The notes under the pieces were generated by a model. It searched no databases. It saw only the letters and a program-made list of their open reading frames with translations, and had not been told where the DNA came from. From an uncultured Candidatus Saccharibacteria bacterium (GTDB lineage Bacteria; Patescibacteriota; Doudnabacteria; UBA920): 64,000 nt of DNA. How positions within the stretch are numbered: the first letter of the stretch is position 1; each line of letters starts with the position of its first letter. Location: assembly GCA_964483665.1 (NCBI GenBank), contig CAZACP010000005.1:1910-65909 (forward strand). The letters run 5' to 3'. The translations under genes were made by a program, and so were the position numbers. Below are positions 17,239 to 26,697 of the stretch, one piece after another.

Positions 17239-18183
17239 ATGACAAATCAAGAAATACACAATGTAATTATAATCGGTTCAGGACCTGCCGGCCTTACCGC
17301 AGCCTTATATACCGCCAGAGCGGAATTAAAGCCTTTGGTTATTGCGGGTTTAAATCCGGGTGGCCAGCTTATGCAGACAACCGAGGTGGAGAATTTCCCG
17401 GGCTTTGTAAACGGCATAATGGGTCCTGAGTTAATGGATAATATGATGAAGCAGGTAGAAAGGTTTGGCACGGTTATAAAGCAGGAAAATGTAACCGGAG
17501 TGGATTTTAGCAAAAAGCCTTTTGTTGTTAGAACCGAACAGAATGAATATTTGGCCAAAAGCATAATAATCGCAACCGGAGCAGATGCTAACTGGCTTAA
17601 TTTACCAAACGAGCAAAGGCTTAGGGGTAAAGGCGTTTCGGCGTGCGCGACTTGCGACGGTTTTTTCTTTAAAGGCAAGGACTTGGTTGTAGCCGGCGGC
17701 GGAGACAGCGCCATGGAAGAAGCTAGCTTTTTAACCCGCTTTGCGACAAAAGTGACTTTAATCCATCGTCGGCCGGAGTTTAAAGCTTCTAAAATTATGC
17801 TTAATCGGGTAAAAGAAAACCCAAAAATTAAAATTATTGCGGATGCGATTATTACAGATATTTTAGGCCAGGACAAAGTTGAGGGGGTTAAAATTAAACA
17901 CAACCAAACCGGGCAGGAAGAGGTAATCCAGGCCGGCGGGTTTTTTGTGGCTATTGGCCATACGCCAAACGGGAAAATTTTTGCAGAGGCAGGCGTAGAA
18001 GTTGACCAAAAGGGTTATATAAATGTTTCGCACAATACCCATACTAATATAGAGGGAGTCTTTGTAGCCGGCGATGTGAATGATCCGCGTTATAGGCAGG
18101 CCATAACCGCAGCCGGAATGGGCTGTATGGCGGCACTCGACGTAGAGAAATATTTGGCAGAACATGAGGAAAGTAGTAAGTAG
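17239..18183 (+). CDS. trxB: thioredoxin-disulfide reductase
   Basis: GSGPAG FAD motif, CATC redox-active disulfide, GGGDSA NADPH motif; 314 aa. Confidence 0.85.
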   Translation: MTNQEIHNVIIIGSGPAGLTAALYTARAELKPLVIAGLNPGGQLMQTTEVENFPGFVNGIMGPELMDNMMKQVERFGTVIKQENVTGVDFSKKPFVVRTEQNEYLAKSIIIATGADANWLNLPNEQRLRGKGVSACATCDGFFFKGKDLVVAGGGDSAMEEASFLTRFATKVTLIHRRPEFKASKIMLNRVKENPKIKIIADAIITDILGQDKVEGVKIKHNQTGQEEVIQAGGFFVAIGHTPNGKIFAEAGVEVDQKGYINVSHNTHTNIEGVFVAGDVNDPRYRQAITAAGMGCMAALDVEKYLAEHEESSK

Positions 18184-18207
18184 TATGTAGTATGTAGCAA
18201 AATCCTA

Positions 18208-18636
18208 ATGAACAAGATCTACCAACTACCAACTACCAACTACCAACTAACCGGCAAAGTTATTCGTGGTGACGGTTATGGCAGGAAGCTAGGTTTTCCC
18301 ACGGCCAATATAGACCGCAGGCAGTATGTAAAAGATAAATTGAAGGTCAAATTGGGAATTTGGGCAGGAGCTGTGAGTTATCAGTCATCAATTAACAATT
18401 ATCAATCACGTCCCGCAGCTATAGTAATCGGTCCTGTTGATCGTCGTGGTTTACCTAAGCTCGAAGCGCACTTAATAGGCTTTAAAGGCAATTTATATGG
18501 AAAAAAATTAAGTATATACCTGGGTATATACTTAAGGCCGTTTAAAAAGTTTAAAAGTGAATTGGAATTAATAGAGCAAATACATAGGGATATAAAAAAC
18601 ATTTTAAATTTAAAGAAAAAAATATGGCAGAGTTAG
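18208..18636 (+). CDS. riboflavin kinase (monofunctional, RibF C-terminal-domain-like)
   Basis: GxVxxGxGxGRKLGFPTANI motif; first 15 codons encoded by CTACCAA heptad repeat. Confidence 0.6.
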   Translation: MNKIYQLPTTNYQLTGKVIRGDGYGRKLGFPTANIDRRQYVKDKLKVKLGIWAGAVSYQSSINNYQSRPAAIVIGPVDRRGLPKLEAHLIGFKGNLYGKKLSIYLGIYLRPFKKFKSELELIEQIHRDIKNILNLKKKIWQS

Positions 18637-19385
18637 AGGCGTCAGGAGGGCGGGAACTATTATTGGCACAACGAACGGAATTAAGGGAAAAGTGGGATAC
18701 GCAATTTGCCGGTGCCGCGCATTTTGTTATTGACGCTTTGCTAGAGTTTCCTTCTGAAGAAAGAAATGTTCAGCTTATAAAATTAAAAAAAAGGATTGAT
18801 GATTGGGTAAGAGCAAAAAAAGACAAAACCGCAGGGGATTACGAATCACAAGAGTTAACTACAGATATTTTTAGAGAAATTATTTACCGTGTTATTGCAA
18901 GACTTCCTGGCAGAGAAATCATTACAAAAGAAGAGTTGGTAAATATGTACAAGCAGTTGGATTCTGAAGTTTATACCCACTGTCCGCCCGTTAACTGGGG
19001 ATTAATAGGCTCATTGAATTCTGGGGAGCAAAATGATCAAACAGCTTTATATTTAGACCAAATAACTAAAATATGTGATGTTTTAGTAAAAGCTGATGTA
19101 AACGACAAAGACCAGCGTGAAATAATGGAACAAATTATTTATAAGCCCGCAACAGTAAGGGGGACAGAAATAGGTTTTAAGATTGAAGATGCAAGAAAAT
19201 TAAGAATATTCCAAGATTTAATACTTAATTTAATAAATCGACTATCTATAAAAACTGGCGAAACAAAACAAGATTGGCTAAGAACCCTTGAAAAAAATTA
19301 TTTACCCGGTTTGAATGCTACTAAGGTTGAGTTATATAATACTGGTAATCAGATAGAAAAACTATCAAGGTCAACAATATTTTAG
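18624..19385 (+). CDS. hypothetical protein
   Basis: 253-aa ORF, no family. Confidence 0.4.
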   Translation: MAELEASGGRELLLAQRTELREKWDTQFAGAAHFVIDALLEFPSEERNVQLIKLKKRIDDWVRAKKDKTAGDYESQELTTDIFREIIYRVIARLPGREIITKEELVNMYKQLDSEVYTHCPPVNWGLIGSLNSGEQNDQTALYLDQITKICDVLVKADVNDKDQREIMEQIIYKPATVRGTEIGFKIEDARKLRIFQDLILNLINRLSIKTGETKQDWLRTLEKNYLPGLNATKVELYNTGNQIEKLSRSTIF

Positions 19386-19424
19386 TAGTAAAATTATAGT
19401 ATATAAATTTCTAATTCTATCTAT

Positions 19425-20366
19425 ATGCGCAAATACGGAACATACTTTATTTTTATTGCGGCTATGCTGTGGGCGACAGACGCGCCCTTTCGGGCTCATT
19501 TAACCCAAGGGCTTTCCAGTAATTTTATAGTTTTGGTAGAGCATTTTTTTGACGTTTTGGTCGTACTGCCAATTTTGTTGTTAAATTTAAAAGATCTTAA
19601 GCATCTAACAAAGAAAGAGTGGGGGGCTGTATTGTTTATTGCCATTGGCGGCAGCGCTTTAGCCAGTATAGCTTTTACCCAAGCTTTTCATTATGTTAAT
19701 CCTTCCGTGGCTATACTGCTGCAAAAACTCCAGCCTTTAATAGCCATTGGCCTGGCTGCCAGCCTGCTAGGCGAAAGAAGAAACAAAAATTTTTGGATTT
19801 GGGCGACTATTGCCTTAATAGGAGCTTACTTTATAAGTTTTGGTGGCCTTAAGCCGGAACTTTTTCCGGGCGAAAAGCTAAATCCGAATGTAATGGGAGT
19901 TTTGCTTGCCTTAGTCGCCGCATTTTTTTGGGGTGGCAGCACAGTTATGGGCCGTTATATGCTTTCCAGCGTGAATTTTAAAGTTATGACAGCTTTAAGG
20001 TTTTCCGCGGCGTTTGTATTTTTGCTAATTTTAAATTTTTGGCAAAAAAGCATTCCGCCCCTTGCTAGTGTTACCGGCAAAGACTGGCTGTTTTTGTTTA
20101 TTATTGCTATTACTTCCGGCGTAGTTTCGTTGTTTGTATATTACAAAGGTCTGCAGACTACCAAAGCTTCGGTGGCAACAATAGCAGAACTGGGTTTTCC
20201 TTTGGCTGCGGTTTTGGTCAACTATGTTTCTTTTAAAATGGGCTGGATTACCCAAAATACCTCTTTAAATATGGTTCAATTGCTGGGTATGGCAATTTTA
20301 TTATTCTCAGTGTATAATCTTTCAAGGGTAAATGAGCAAATAACCCAGAAATCTAAATTAATATAA
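19425..20366 (+). CDS. DMT-superfamily (EamA-like) transporter
   Basis: ~10 TM segments arranged as two EamA-type halves. Confidence 0.6.
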   Translation: MRKYGTYFIFIAAMLWATDAPFRAHLTQGLSSNFIVLVEHFFDVLVVLPILLLNLKDLKHLTKKEWGAVLFIAIGGSALASIAFTQAFHYVNPSVAILLQKLQPLIAIGLAASLLGERRNKNFWIWATIALIGAYFISFGGLKPELFPGEKLNPNVMGVLLALVAAFFWGGSTVMGRYMLSSVNFKVMTALRFSAAFVFLLILNFWQKSIPPLASVTGKDWLFLFIIAITSGVVSLFVYYKGLQTTKASVATIAELGFPLAAVLVNYVSFKMGWITQNTSLNMVQLLGMAILLFSVYNLSRVNEQITQKSKLI

Positions 20367-20373
20367 TATTTTT

Positions 20374-21597
20374 ATGGTGAATCCTTTTGATAGCGCAAGA
20401 AAGCAGTTAAGCCAGGCGGCAGAAATTGCCAGTTTGGAAAAAAATAAAATCGAACAGCTTATGTCACCGGATAGATACGTAGAAGTAAGCATACCGGTTT
20501 TAATGGACAACGGGCAGCAGAAAATTTTTAAGGGTTTTAGAAGTCAGCACAACAACGCGCGCGGCCCCTATAAAGGCGGTATTCGTTACCACCAAGACGT
20601 AAATTTAGACGAAGTGCGCGCTCTAAGCTTTTGGATGTCGTTTAAGAACGCGGTAGTTAACGTGCCTTTTGGCGGAGGCAAAGGCGGAATTATTGTTAAC
20701 CCAAAAGAACTGTCAGAAAGCGAGCTGGAAAAATTGTCCCGCGGATGGGTTAAAAAAATGTATCCGGTTTTGGGACCCGAGTTCGATGTGCCGGCTCCGG
20801 ACGTAAATACCAACGGGCAAATAATGAACTGGATGGTGGACGAATACAGAAAAATTACAAAAAACGAAAAATCTGAAGCCGTGTTTACGGGTAAGCCCGT
20901 GGGCAAGGGCGGCAGCGAAGGCAGGGAAGAAGCTACCGGTTTTGGAGGCTTTTACGTGTTTGAAGAAGTCGCTAAAAAGCTAAATGTAGCTTTGGGCGCG
21001 AGCATTGCCATACAGGGTTTGGGAAACGTAGCCACTTTTTTTGCTAAAATGGCTGCGCAAAAAGGCTATAAAGTCGTCGCGCTTTCCGATTCTAAGGGCG
21101 GAATTTATAACGAATCCGGTTTAGATGTAGAAAGTGTTTTAGCTTTTAAAAAGCAAAACGGTTCTTTAAAAGATTTTGCAGGCAGTAAAAATATTACAAA
21201 TGCCGAGCTTTTGGAATTGCCGGTAGAAGTACTGGTTCCAGCCGCTTTGGAAAATGTCTTAACAGCGGACAATGCGGGCAAAGTTCAGGCTAAATTTATA
21301 ATCGAAATGGCAAACGGTCCTACCACCCCGGAAGCGGATGAAATTTTTGCAAAAAATAATGTAGCCGTTATTCCCGACATTTTGGCTAACAGCGGGGGAG
21401 TTTGCGTATCGTACTTTGAGTGGTATCAGAATATGAACTCGGAAGTTTGGGGCAAAGAACAGGTTTTAGAGAAATTGTCTAAACAAATTAAGCAAGCTTT
21501 TGCCGATGTGCTGGAAAAGAAAGAAAAATACAACACAACTTTCCGCAACGCAGCATACATTTTAGCCGCGGAGAGAATTATGGAAAAAATGCAGTAG
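20374..21597 (+). CDS. gdh: Glu/Leu/Phe/Val dehydrogenase family (likely glutamate dehydrogenase)
   Basis: KGGIRYHQDV...VNVPFGGGKGG signature; C-terminal NAD(P) Rossmann GxGNVA. Confidence 0.85.
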   Translation: MVNPFDSARKQLSQAAEIASLEKNKIEQLMSPDRYVEVSIPVLMDNGQQKIFKGFRSQHNNARGPYKGGIRYHQDVNLDEVRALSFWMSFKNAVVNVPFGGGKGGIIVNPKELSESELEKLSRGWVKKMYPVLGPEFDVPAPDVNTNGQIMNWMVDEYRKITKNEKSEAVFTGKPVGKGGSEGREEATGFGGFYVFEEVAKKLNVALGASIAIQGLGNVATFFAKMAAQKGYKVVALSDSKGGIYNESGLDVESVLAFKKQNGSLKDFAGSKNITNAELLELPVEVLVPAALENVLTADNAGKVQAKFIIEMANGPTTPEADEIFAKNNVAVIPDILANSGGVCVSYFEWYQNMNSEVWGKEQVLEKLSKQIKQAFADVLEKKEKYNTTFRNAAYILAAERIMEKMQ

Positions 21598-21618
21598 TTT
21601 TTGGTAAGTCAGTGCAAT

Positions 21619-21648
21619 AAAAAAACCCGGGCAAGCCCGGGTTTTTTG
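21619..21648 (+). terminator. rho-independent terminator
   Basis: CCCGGGCAAGCCCGGG + TTTTTTG. Confidence 0.6.
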
Positions 21649-21709
21649 TTTGATGTTATAATTTAGATGTGTTTGGCTACCAACTATTTATTACCAACTA
21701 CTCACTATT

Positions 21710-22207
21710 ATGTACGATGTAATTATTATTGGGGCAGGGCCTGGCGGGATGGCCGCCGCCGCGGCTGCGGCAGAGGCTAGCCTTAAAATTTTAGTAGTGA
21801 CCAAAAACATTTACGAACCAAAGTCCGAGCAGGAAATATTAGGATTTTTTAGCCTGAAGAATTTGGCAAAAAAATTTCAGCAATTAGTTAAAAATAATTT
21901 AATTGAGGTAAAAGACAAAACGGAAATTATAAATTTAGAAAAAAATATTGTTAGTTTTAGTGCGGAGGCTAAGAACGGGAGTCTTTATTACGCTAAAAAT
22001 GTAGTTATTGCTACAGGTAAAAGCAGTTTGGAATTTGATGCAATAACCCAAAAAATGCAAAACGGAAAAATAAAAATAGATGGCGACCAAAAAAGTTCCA
22101 TGCCCGGAGTTTTTGCTATTGGCGAATCTTGCGGTAATTTTTCTAAAAATGCTTTGGTGGAAATAGGTGAAGGGGTGAAAAGTATTTTGGTTTTATTAAA
22201 TCGTTAG
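21710..22207 (+). CDS. truncated FAD-dependent pyridine nucleotide-disulfide oxidoreductase-like protein (165 aa, about half a domain set)
   Basis: IIGAGPGG FAD motif and C-terminal GVFAIGE motif but central NAD(P)H domain missing; possible gene relic. Confidence 0.4.
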   Translation: MYDVIIIGAGPGGMAAAAAAAEASLKILVVTKNIYEPKSEQEILGFFSLKNLAKKFQQLVKNNLIEVKDKTEIINLEKNIVSFSAEAKNGSLYYAKNVVIATGKSSLEFDAITQKMQNGKIKIDGDQKSSMPGVFAIGESCGNFSKNALVEIGEGVKSILVLLNR

Positions 22208-22287
22208 GCTAAAAAAACTTGATAAACATTGACAACTCTGGTTTTTGGAGCCATAATATAATGCTATTAAATATTAATTTTAAATAT

Positions 22288-24639
22288 ATGAAATACTTCA
22301 AAATTGGCTTGTTTACAGCAATTTTTGCATTACTAGGGGCTAATTTTGCAACTCCGGTTTCTGCCCAATATTACTATGGCCGAACGCCTTCGTTGTCCGT
22401 TTCCGGGCAGAGCGGAAGCAATTTAACCTTTAATGTATCTAACGCTGATCCGAATTCCAGAGTTATTTTATATGCCAGAAGCGCCGGAGGCAGCTTGTGG
22501 TCAACTTCTATAGACAGCATTGGCCAGACAGACAGCAGCGGTTATTTGAACACCTCCTTAAACCCCGGAATTAACGGAAACGCTGAGTTTAAAGTTACAG
22601 TTAATGGTTTAGATTCCAATATAGCCCAGTTAGGTTATAATTCTTGCGGCTACGGCCAAAATTGCGTGGGCGGAATTACTTTTAGTCCAGCAAACCCAAG
22701 CCTAAGCGTAGGCCAGACTGTTTCAGTGTCTATTTACCAGCCTTATTTTTATTACGGCAGCTATTATGTGTCCAATAACTCGAATTCTTCGGTTGTTTCA
22801 GCTACCATTTCCGGCAGCAGCTTAAGCCTTTACGGCCTAGCTAATGGGTCAAGCACAATCACAGTTTGCCAAAGCGGCGGTTCTAGTGCTTGCGGTTATG
22901 TCTATGTAACTGTAAGCGGCGGCTCTTATAGCGGCAATATTTGGTTTAGTCCGAGCAGTCCTAGTATGTACGTAGGCCAGAGTTTGGCTGTTTCCATAAA
23001 TAGCAGCGCGTATGCCACCGGCTTGTACGGCTCAAGCAGTTACTATATTTCTTCCAATTCCAACTCAAACGTAGTCTCGGCCTCTGTTTCCGGTACAGTT
23101 ATGAACTTGTACGCCAATCAAACCGGCAGTGCAACAATCGTAGTATGTCATAATTCTTTAAGTTTTTGCGGAAATTTGTATGTAACTGTTTCCGGCAATT
23201 CCGCCTCAGGTAATTTATGGCTAAGTCAATCTTCTGTTAATGTAAGTGTTTCCAATGCACAAAATATAAATATTTATAGCAACAACTCAGCTTTAGGTGC
23301 TTACTATATTTCGTCTAATAGTAATTACAACAATGTACAAGCAAGTATTTCCGGCAGTTTGCTAACCGTGACCGGTATGTCGGTAGGGAGCAGTACCGTA
23401 TTAGTTTGCCAATACAACACCAGTTCCTGTGTAAACTTGTATGTTACAGTCGGTTCGTCTAATTACAACAATATTTGGTTTAGTCCCAGCAGTGTAAATA
23501 TGACCTCAGGACAAACCACCAATGTAAATATTTACAGTTCAGGCGGGTATTATAGTGGGTATTATGTTTCCAGTAACAGTAATTCTTTTGTGGCTGGCGC
23601 AACCATTAACGGCAGCCAGTTAACTATAACAGCTCAAAACAGCGGCAATACCACCGTAATGGTTTGCCAAACCGGCAATAGTTCAGTGTGCGGAAATATT
23701 TCTGTAACCGTCAGCGGCTACGGCGGAAGCGCAATTACTTTTAGTCAGAATTATTTAAATTTAACTTCCGGACAAAGTACAACGGTTACTGTTTATGGCA
23801 ATGGTTCTTATTATATTTCCAGCAACAGCAACTCTTCAGTTGTGTCGGCAAATCTTTCTTCCAATATTCTTAATTTGTATGCCTATAACCAGGGGACCAG
23901 CGCTATTGTAGTTTGCCAAAATAGTCCGTACGGGTGCGGTACTTTGACTGTAAATGTAAGTGGCGGGTATTATGGCGGCGGCAACTTGTATTTTAATTCA
24001 ACTAATTTGCCCAACTTGGTAATTGGGCAATACTATAATTACCAATTGCAGGTTTCAGGCGGGCAAGCGCCGTACAATTTCCAAGTTACAAGCGGGCAGT
24101 TGCCAAGCGGGCTGTATTTAAGTACCGGCGGACTTTTGTATGGAACACCGCAAAATAGCAGTTACTCAAGCTTTACTGTTAGAGTGTCCGACACTTATGG
24201 CCGTAACTCAAGCGCCAACTTTACCATAGGCGGAAGCGGTGGAGTGTTGGGGATTAGTACTTACCCAAACGGCCAGCTTATAAAAGAAAACGGAACCGTG
24301 TATATAGTTTACCGCGGGCAAAAAAGCGGCTTTGCTTCAGCTTCTGCGTTTACTGGCTTAGGCTTTAAATTCAGCAATGTTTTAACTACCGGCTATACCG
24401 GTCTTTCAGACAGCGGTTATGTAGTTAACAGCGCAAACACTTCACACCCGTGGGGCAGTTGGGTACAAAGTGGCCAGGCAATATATTTTGTTCATCAGGA
24501 CGGACTAATACCCGTGCCAACCTGGGATGTGTTTATAAACAACAGGGGACAAAGCAGCTTTGTTGTTCCGGCCAACCTATTTGATTTTCAAAGACCTATT
24601 TTAAGCCAAATGGTGAGTAATGACTCAAGGCTATATTAG
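22288..24639 (+). CDS. secreted cell-surface protein with ~8 tandem Ig-like (BIG2-like) repeats and C-terminal cadherin-like/putative-Ig region
   Basis: Signal peptide MKYFKIGLFTAIFALLGANFATPVSA; repeated SSNSNSxVVSAxISGxxLxLYxxxxGSxTIxVCQ units; QAPYNFQVTSGQLPSGLYLS. Confidence 0.55.
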   Translation: MKYFKIGLFTAIFALLGANFATPVSAQYYYGRTPSLSVSGQSGSNLTFNVSNADPNSRVILYARSAGGSLWSTSIDSIGQTDSSGYLNTSLNPGINGNAEFKVTVNGLDSNIAQLGYNSCGYGQNCVGGITFSPANPSLSVGQTVSVSIYQPYFYYGSYYVSNNSNSSVVSATISGSSLSLYGLANGSSTITVCQSGGSSACGYVYVTVSGGSYSGNIWFSPSSPSMYVGQSLAVSINSSAYATGLYGSSSYYISSNSNSNVVSASVSGTVMNLYANQTGSATIVVCHNSLSFCGNLYVTVSGNSASGNLWLSQSSVNVSVSNAQNINIYSNNSALGAYYISSNSNYNNVQASISGSLLTVTGMSVGSSTVLVCQYNTSSCVNLYVTVGSSNYNNIWFSPSSVNMTSGQTTNVNIYSSGGYYSGYYVSSNSNSFVAGATINGSQLTITAQNSGNTTVMVCQTGNSSVCGNISVTVSGYGGSAITFSQNYLNLTSGQSTTVTVYGNGSYYISSNSNSSVVSANLSSNILNLYAYNQGTSAIVVCQNSPYGCGTLTVNVSGGYYGGGNLYFNSTNLPNLVIGQYYNYQLQVSGGQAPYNFQVTSGQLPSGLYLSTGGLLYGTPQNSSYSSFTVRVSDTYGRNSSANFTIGGSGGVLGISTYPNGQLIKENGTVYIVYRGQKSGFASASAFTGLGFKFSNVLTTGYTGLSDSGYVVNSANTSHPWGSWVQSGQAIYFVHQDGLIPVPTWDVFINNRGQSSFVVPANLFDFQRPILSQMVSNDSRLY

Positions 24640-24781
24640 TAGAACTAAATACTACAAAAACCCTTCCCTTGCGGGAAGGGTTTTTGTATCCCGTTAGAAA
24701 TAATTTGGTACTAGATTTTATTTCTTAATTTGTTATATACTAAAATAAATATAATTTAAAAGTAAATAAATTTCTAACGGG

Positions 24782-25588
24782 ATGATTATTAAGTATATTA
24801 ATTTGAATATTTGGATGGGGGAGCTTTTTAAAAGTACCCTGCAATTTTTAAAAGAACAAAAAGCTGACATTGTGGTTTTGCAGGAAGTAATGCACCATGA
24901 GAATGCGGAAAAATTGTCTTTAAAGCATCAGACTAAAGTTATTTTAGAAAGAGAGTTGGGTTTAAAATACAGCGAGTATTTTCCTTTAGTTTTAGACAAA
25001 AGGTTTAATCCGCCCGCGCTATTTGGCAACCTGATTTTGTCTAGGTTTCCTATAGAAAATAGCAAGAAAGTTTTTTTTGACCGCCCGTTTCGGGAATGGG
25101 ACAACAGTTTGCCAAATGAGGAATTTACTCGCGGTCTTTTGGTTTGTGAAATTAATGTAAATAATACTTTGCTAACCGTGGGAAACATTCACGGTATATG
25201 GGGCAAACATGGGGCAGATACCGACAGAAGGCTGAATATGATAGATATTGTGCTTAAAGAGTTAAAGGGTCAAGAGCGGGTAATTTTGTCAGGCGACTTT
25301 AATTTAAATGAAAGGGTGTATCCGGAAATTAACGGTAAAGCGGATTTGTCTAAACCGCAAAGAACAAAATCGGTGGCTTTGCTTGAAGAAAAATTTGTAA
25401 ATATTTTTAAGGACGAACGCATAACTTCTTTTAATCCAAATTATAAAGATTTTGTTACTACAGGTTACGCACACGCTGTAGTTGATATGGTTTTTGTAAC
25501 GCCAAATATTAAAATTTTGTCGCACATACAGCCCGATGTTGACGTTTCTGATCACATGCCGCAAATTGTTGAACTGGAAATAAACTAA
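24782..25588 (+). CDS. endonuclease/exonuclease/phosphatase (EEP) family protein
   Basis: DIVVLQEV, GNIHG, SGDFNL, SDHMP motifs. Confidence 0.55.
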   Translation: MIIKYINLNIWMGELFKSTLQFLKEQKADIVVLQEVMHHENAEKLSLKHQTKVILERELGLKYSEYFPLVLDKRFNPPALFGNLILSRFPIENSKKVFFDRPFREWDNSLPNEEFTRGLLVCEINVNNTLLTVGNIHGIWGKHGADTDRRLNMIDIVLKELKGQERVILSGDFNLNERVYPEINGKADLSKPQRTKSVALLEEKFVNIFKDERITSFNPNYKDFVTTGYAHAVVDMVFVTPNIKILSHIQPDVDVSDHMPQIVELEIN

Positions 25589-25664
25589 CGACCACGGATA
25601 TTTACAGAAAAACACGGAGTTTAGATCCGTGTTAGTCTGTTTTTGTGTCCGTGTTGATCGGTTT

Positions 25665-26222
25665 TTATTGCGCTACCCTTTCCACGTACTGGCCGTCTCT
25701 TGTGTCTACTTTTAATATGTCGCCTTCTTTTATAAACATTGGTACGTCTACCACGTGGCCGGTTTCTAAGGTTACAGGTTTAGTTACATTGCCGCCGCTG
25801 TTGCCTTTGGTGTCGGGGGGAGCCTGGGTAACTTTGAGCTCAACTTTTATAGGCAGTTCTATTGAAACGGGGTTGCCGTTAAATTTTAGAATGGAAACTT
25901 CCATGCCTTCTTTTAAGAATTTTTCCTGCTCCTCTGTTACGTCTTTATTTATGTCTACCTGTTCAAAGGTGGTTTGGTTCATAAAGTGCGTACCTTCTGA
26001 ATCTGCGTAAAGAAAGCTGGCTTTTTCCCTTTCAACGTCTGCCTCTTCAATGCTTTCGCCAAATTTGAAGGAGTATTCGTAAACTTTTCCGGTAATTACG
26101 TTTTTTAATTTGGTCTGCATAACCGGTTTTCTTTGCGCTGTGCGCATGCGGTTAGACCAAATAACCTGCACCGGCTGGTTTTCCCATAAGATTATGGTGC
26201 CGATTTTTAAGTCGTTTAAATC
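25665..26222 (-). CDS. efp: elongation factor P
   Basis: MDLNDLKIGTII...KPVMQTKLKNV; ORF-track N-terminal extension rejected, start at MDLNDLK. Confidence 0.85.
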   Translation of the reverse strand, partial: DLNDLKIGTIILWENQPVQVIWSNRMRTAQRKPVMQTKLKNVITGKVYEYSFKFGESIEEADVEREKASFLYADSEGTHFMNQTTFEQVDINKDVTEEQEKFLKEGMEVSILKFNGNPVSIELPIKVELKVTQAPPDTKGNSGGNVTKPVTLETGHVVDVPMFIKEGDILKVDTRDGQYVERVAQ

Positions 26223-26327
26223 CATAAGTGAAATGACAAAAATGACATAATTGACAAAAATGAGCAAAAATTGCTGTATCAAAATTTTGTCAATTTTGAT
26301 TAATTTTATTTAATTTTTTTCAGTAAA

Positions 26328-26588
26328 TTAGGCGCTTACAAACGGCAAGAGCGCCATGTGTCTGGCGTGTTTAAGTGCCAAAGTCACCATTCTTTGGTGT
26401 TTTGGGCAAGATCCGGTTCTGTTGTGACCCATAATTTTTGCATGAGGGGTCATAAAGCGTCTTAATACCGCTGTATCTTTGTAGTCTACAGTGGTCATTT
26501 TGTTGGAGCAAAAATAACACTGTTTTTTAACCGCAGGCTGGGAATCCCTGCTGTTTCGATTGTTGTAATGGTTGTTGTTAGGGCGCAT
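26328..26588 (-). CDS. rpsR: 30S ribosomal protein S18
   Basis: CYFC...VDYKD...RFMT..KI...RTG.C.KHQR...A.K.AR..ALLP pattern. Confidence 0.8.
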   Translation of the reverse strand: MRPNNNHYNNRNSRDSQPAVKKQCYFCSNKMTTVDYKDTAVLRRFMTPHAKIMGHNRTGSCPKHQRMVTLALKHARHMALLPFVSA

Positions 26589-26697
26589 AAATGAATTTAA
26601 TAATTGATCAAAATTAAGTAAAATTAAATAAAATTGAAATACAAAAATGCAGTTTAATTTTACTTAATTAATAAATTTTACTTAATTTTATTTAATT

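Noticed and set aside
17247-18165. Minus-strand ORFs inside trxB
   Set aside because: Antisense to a high-confidence CDS with canonical motifs.
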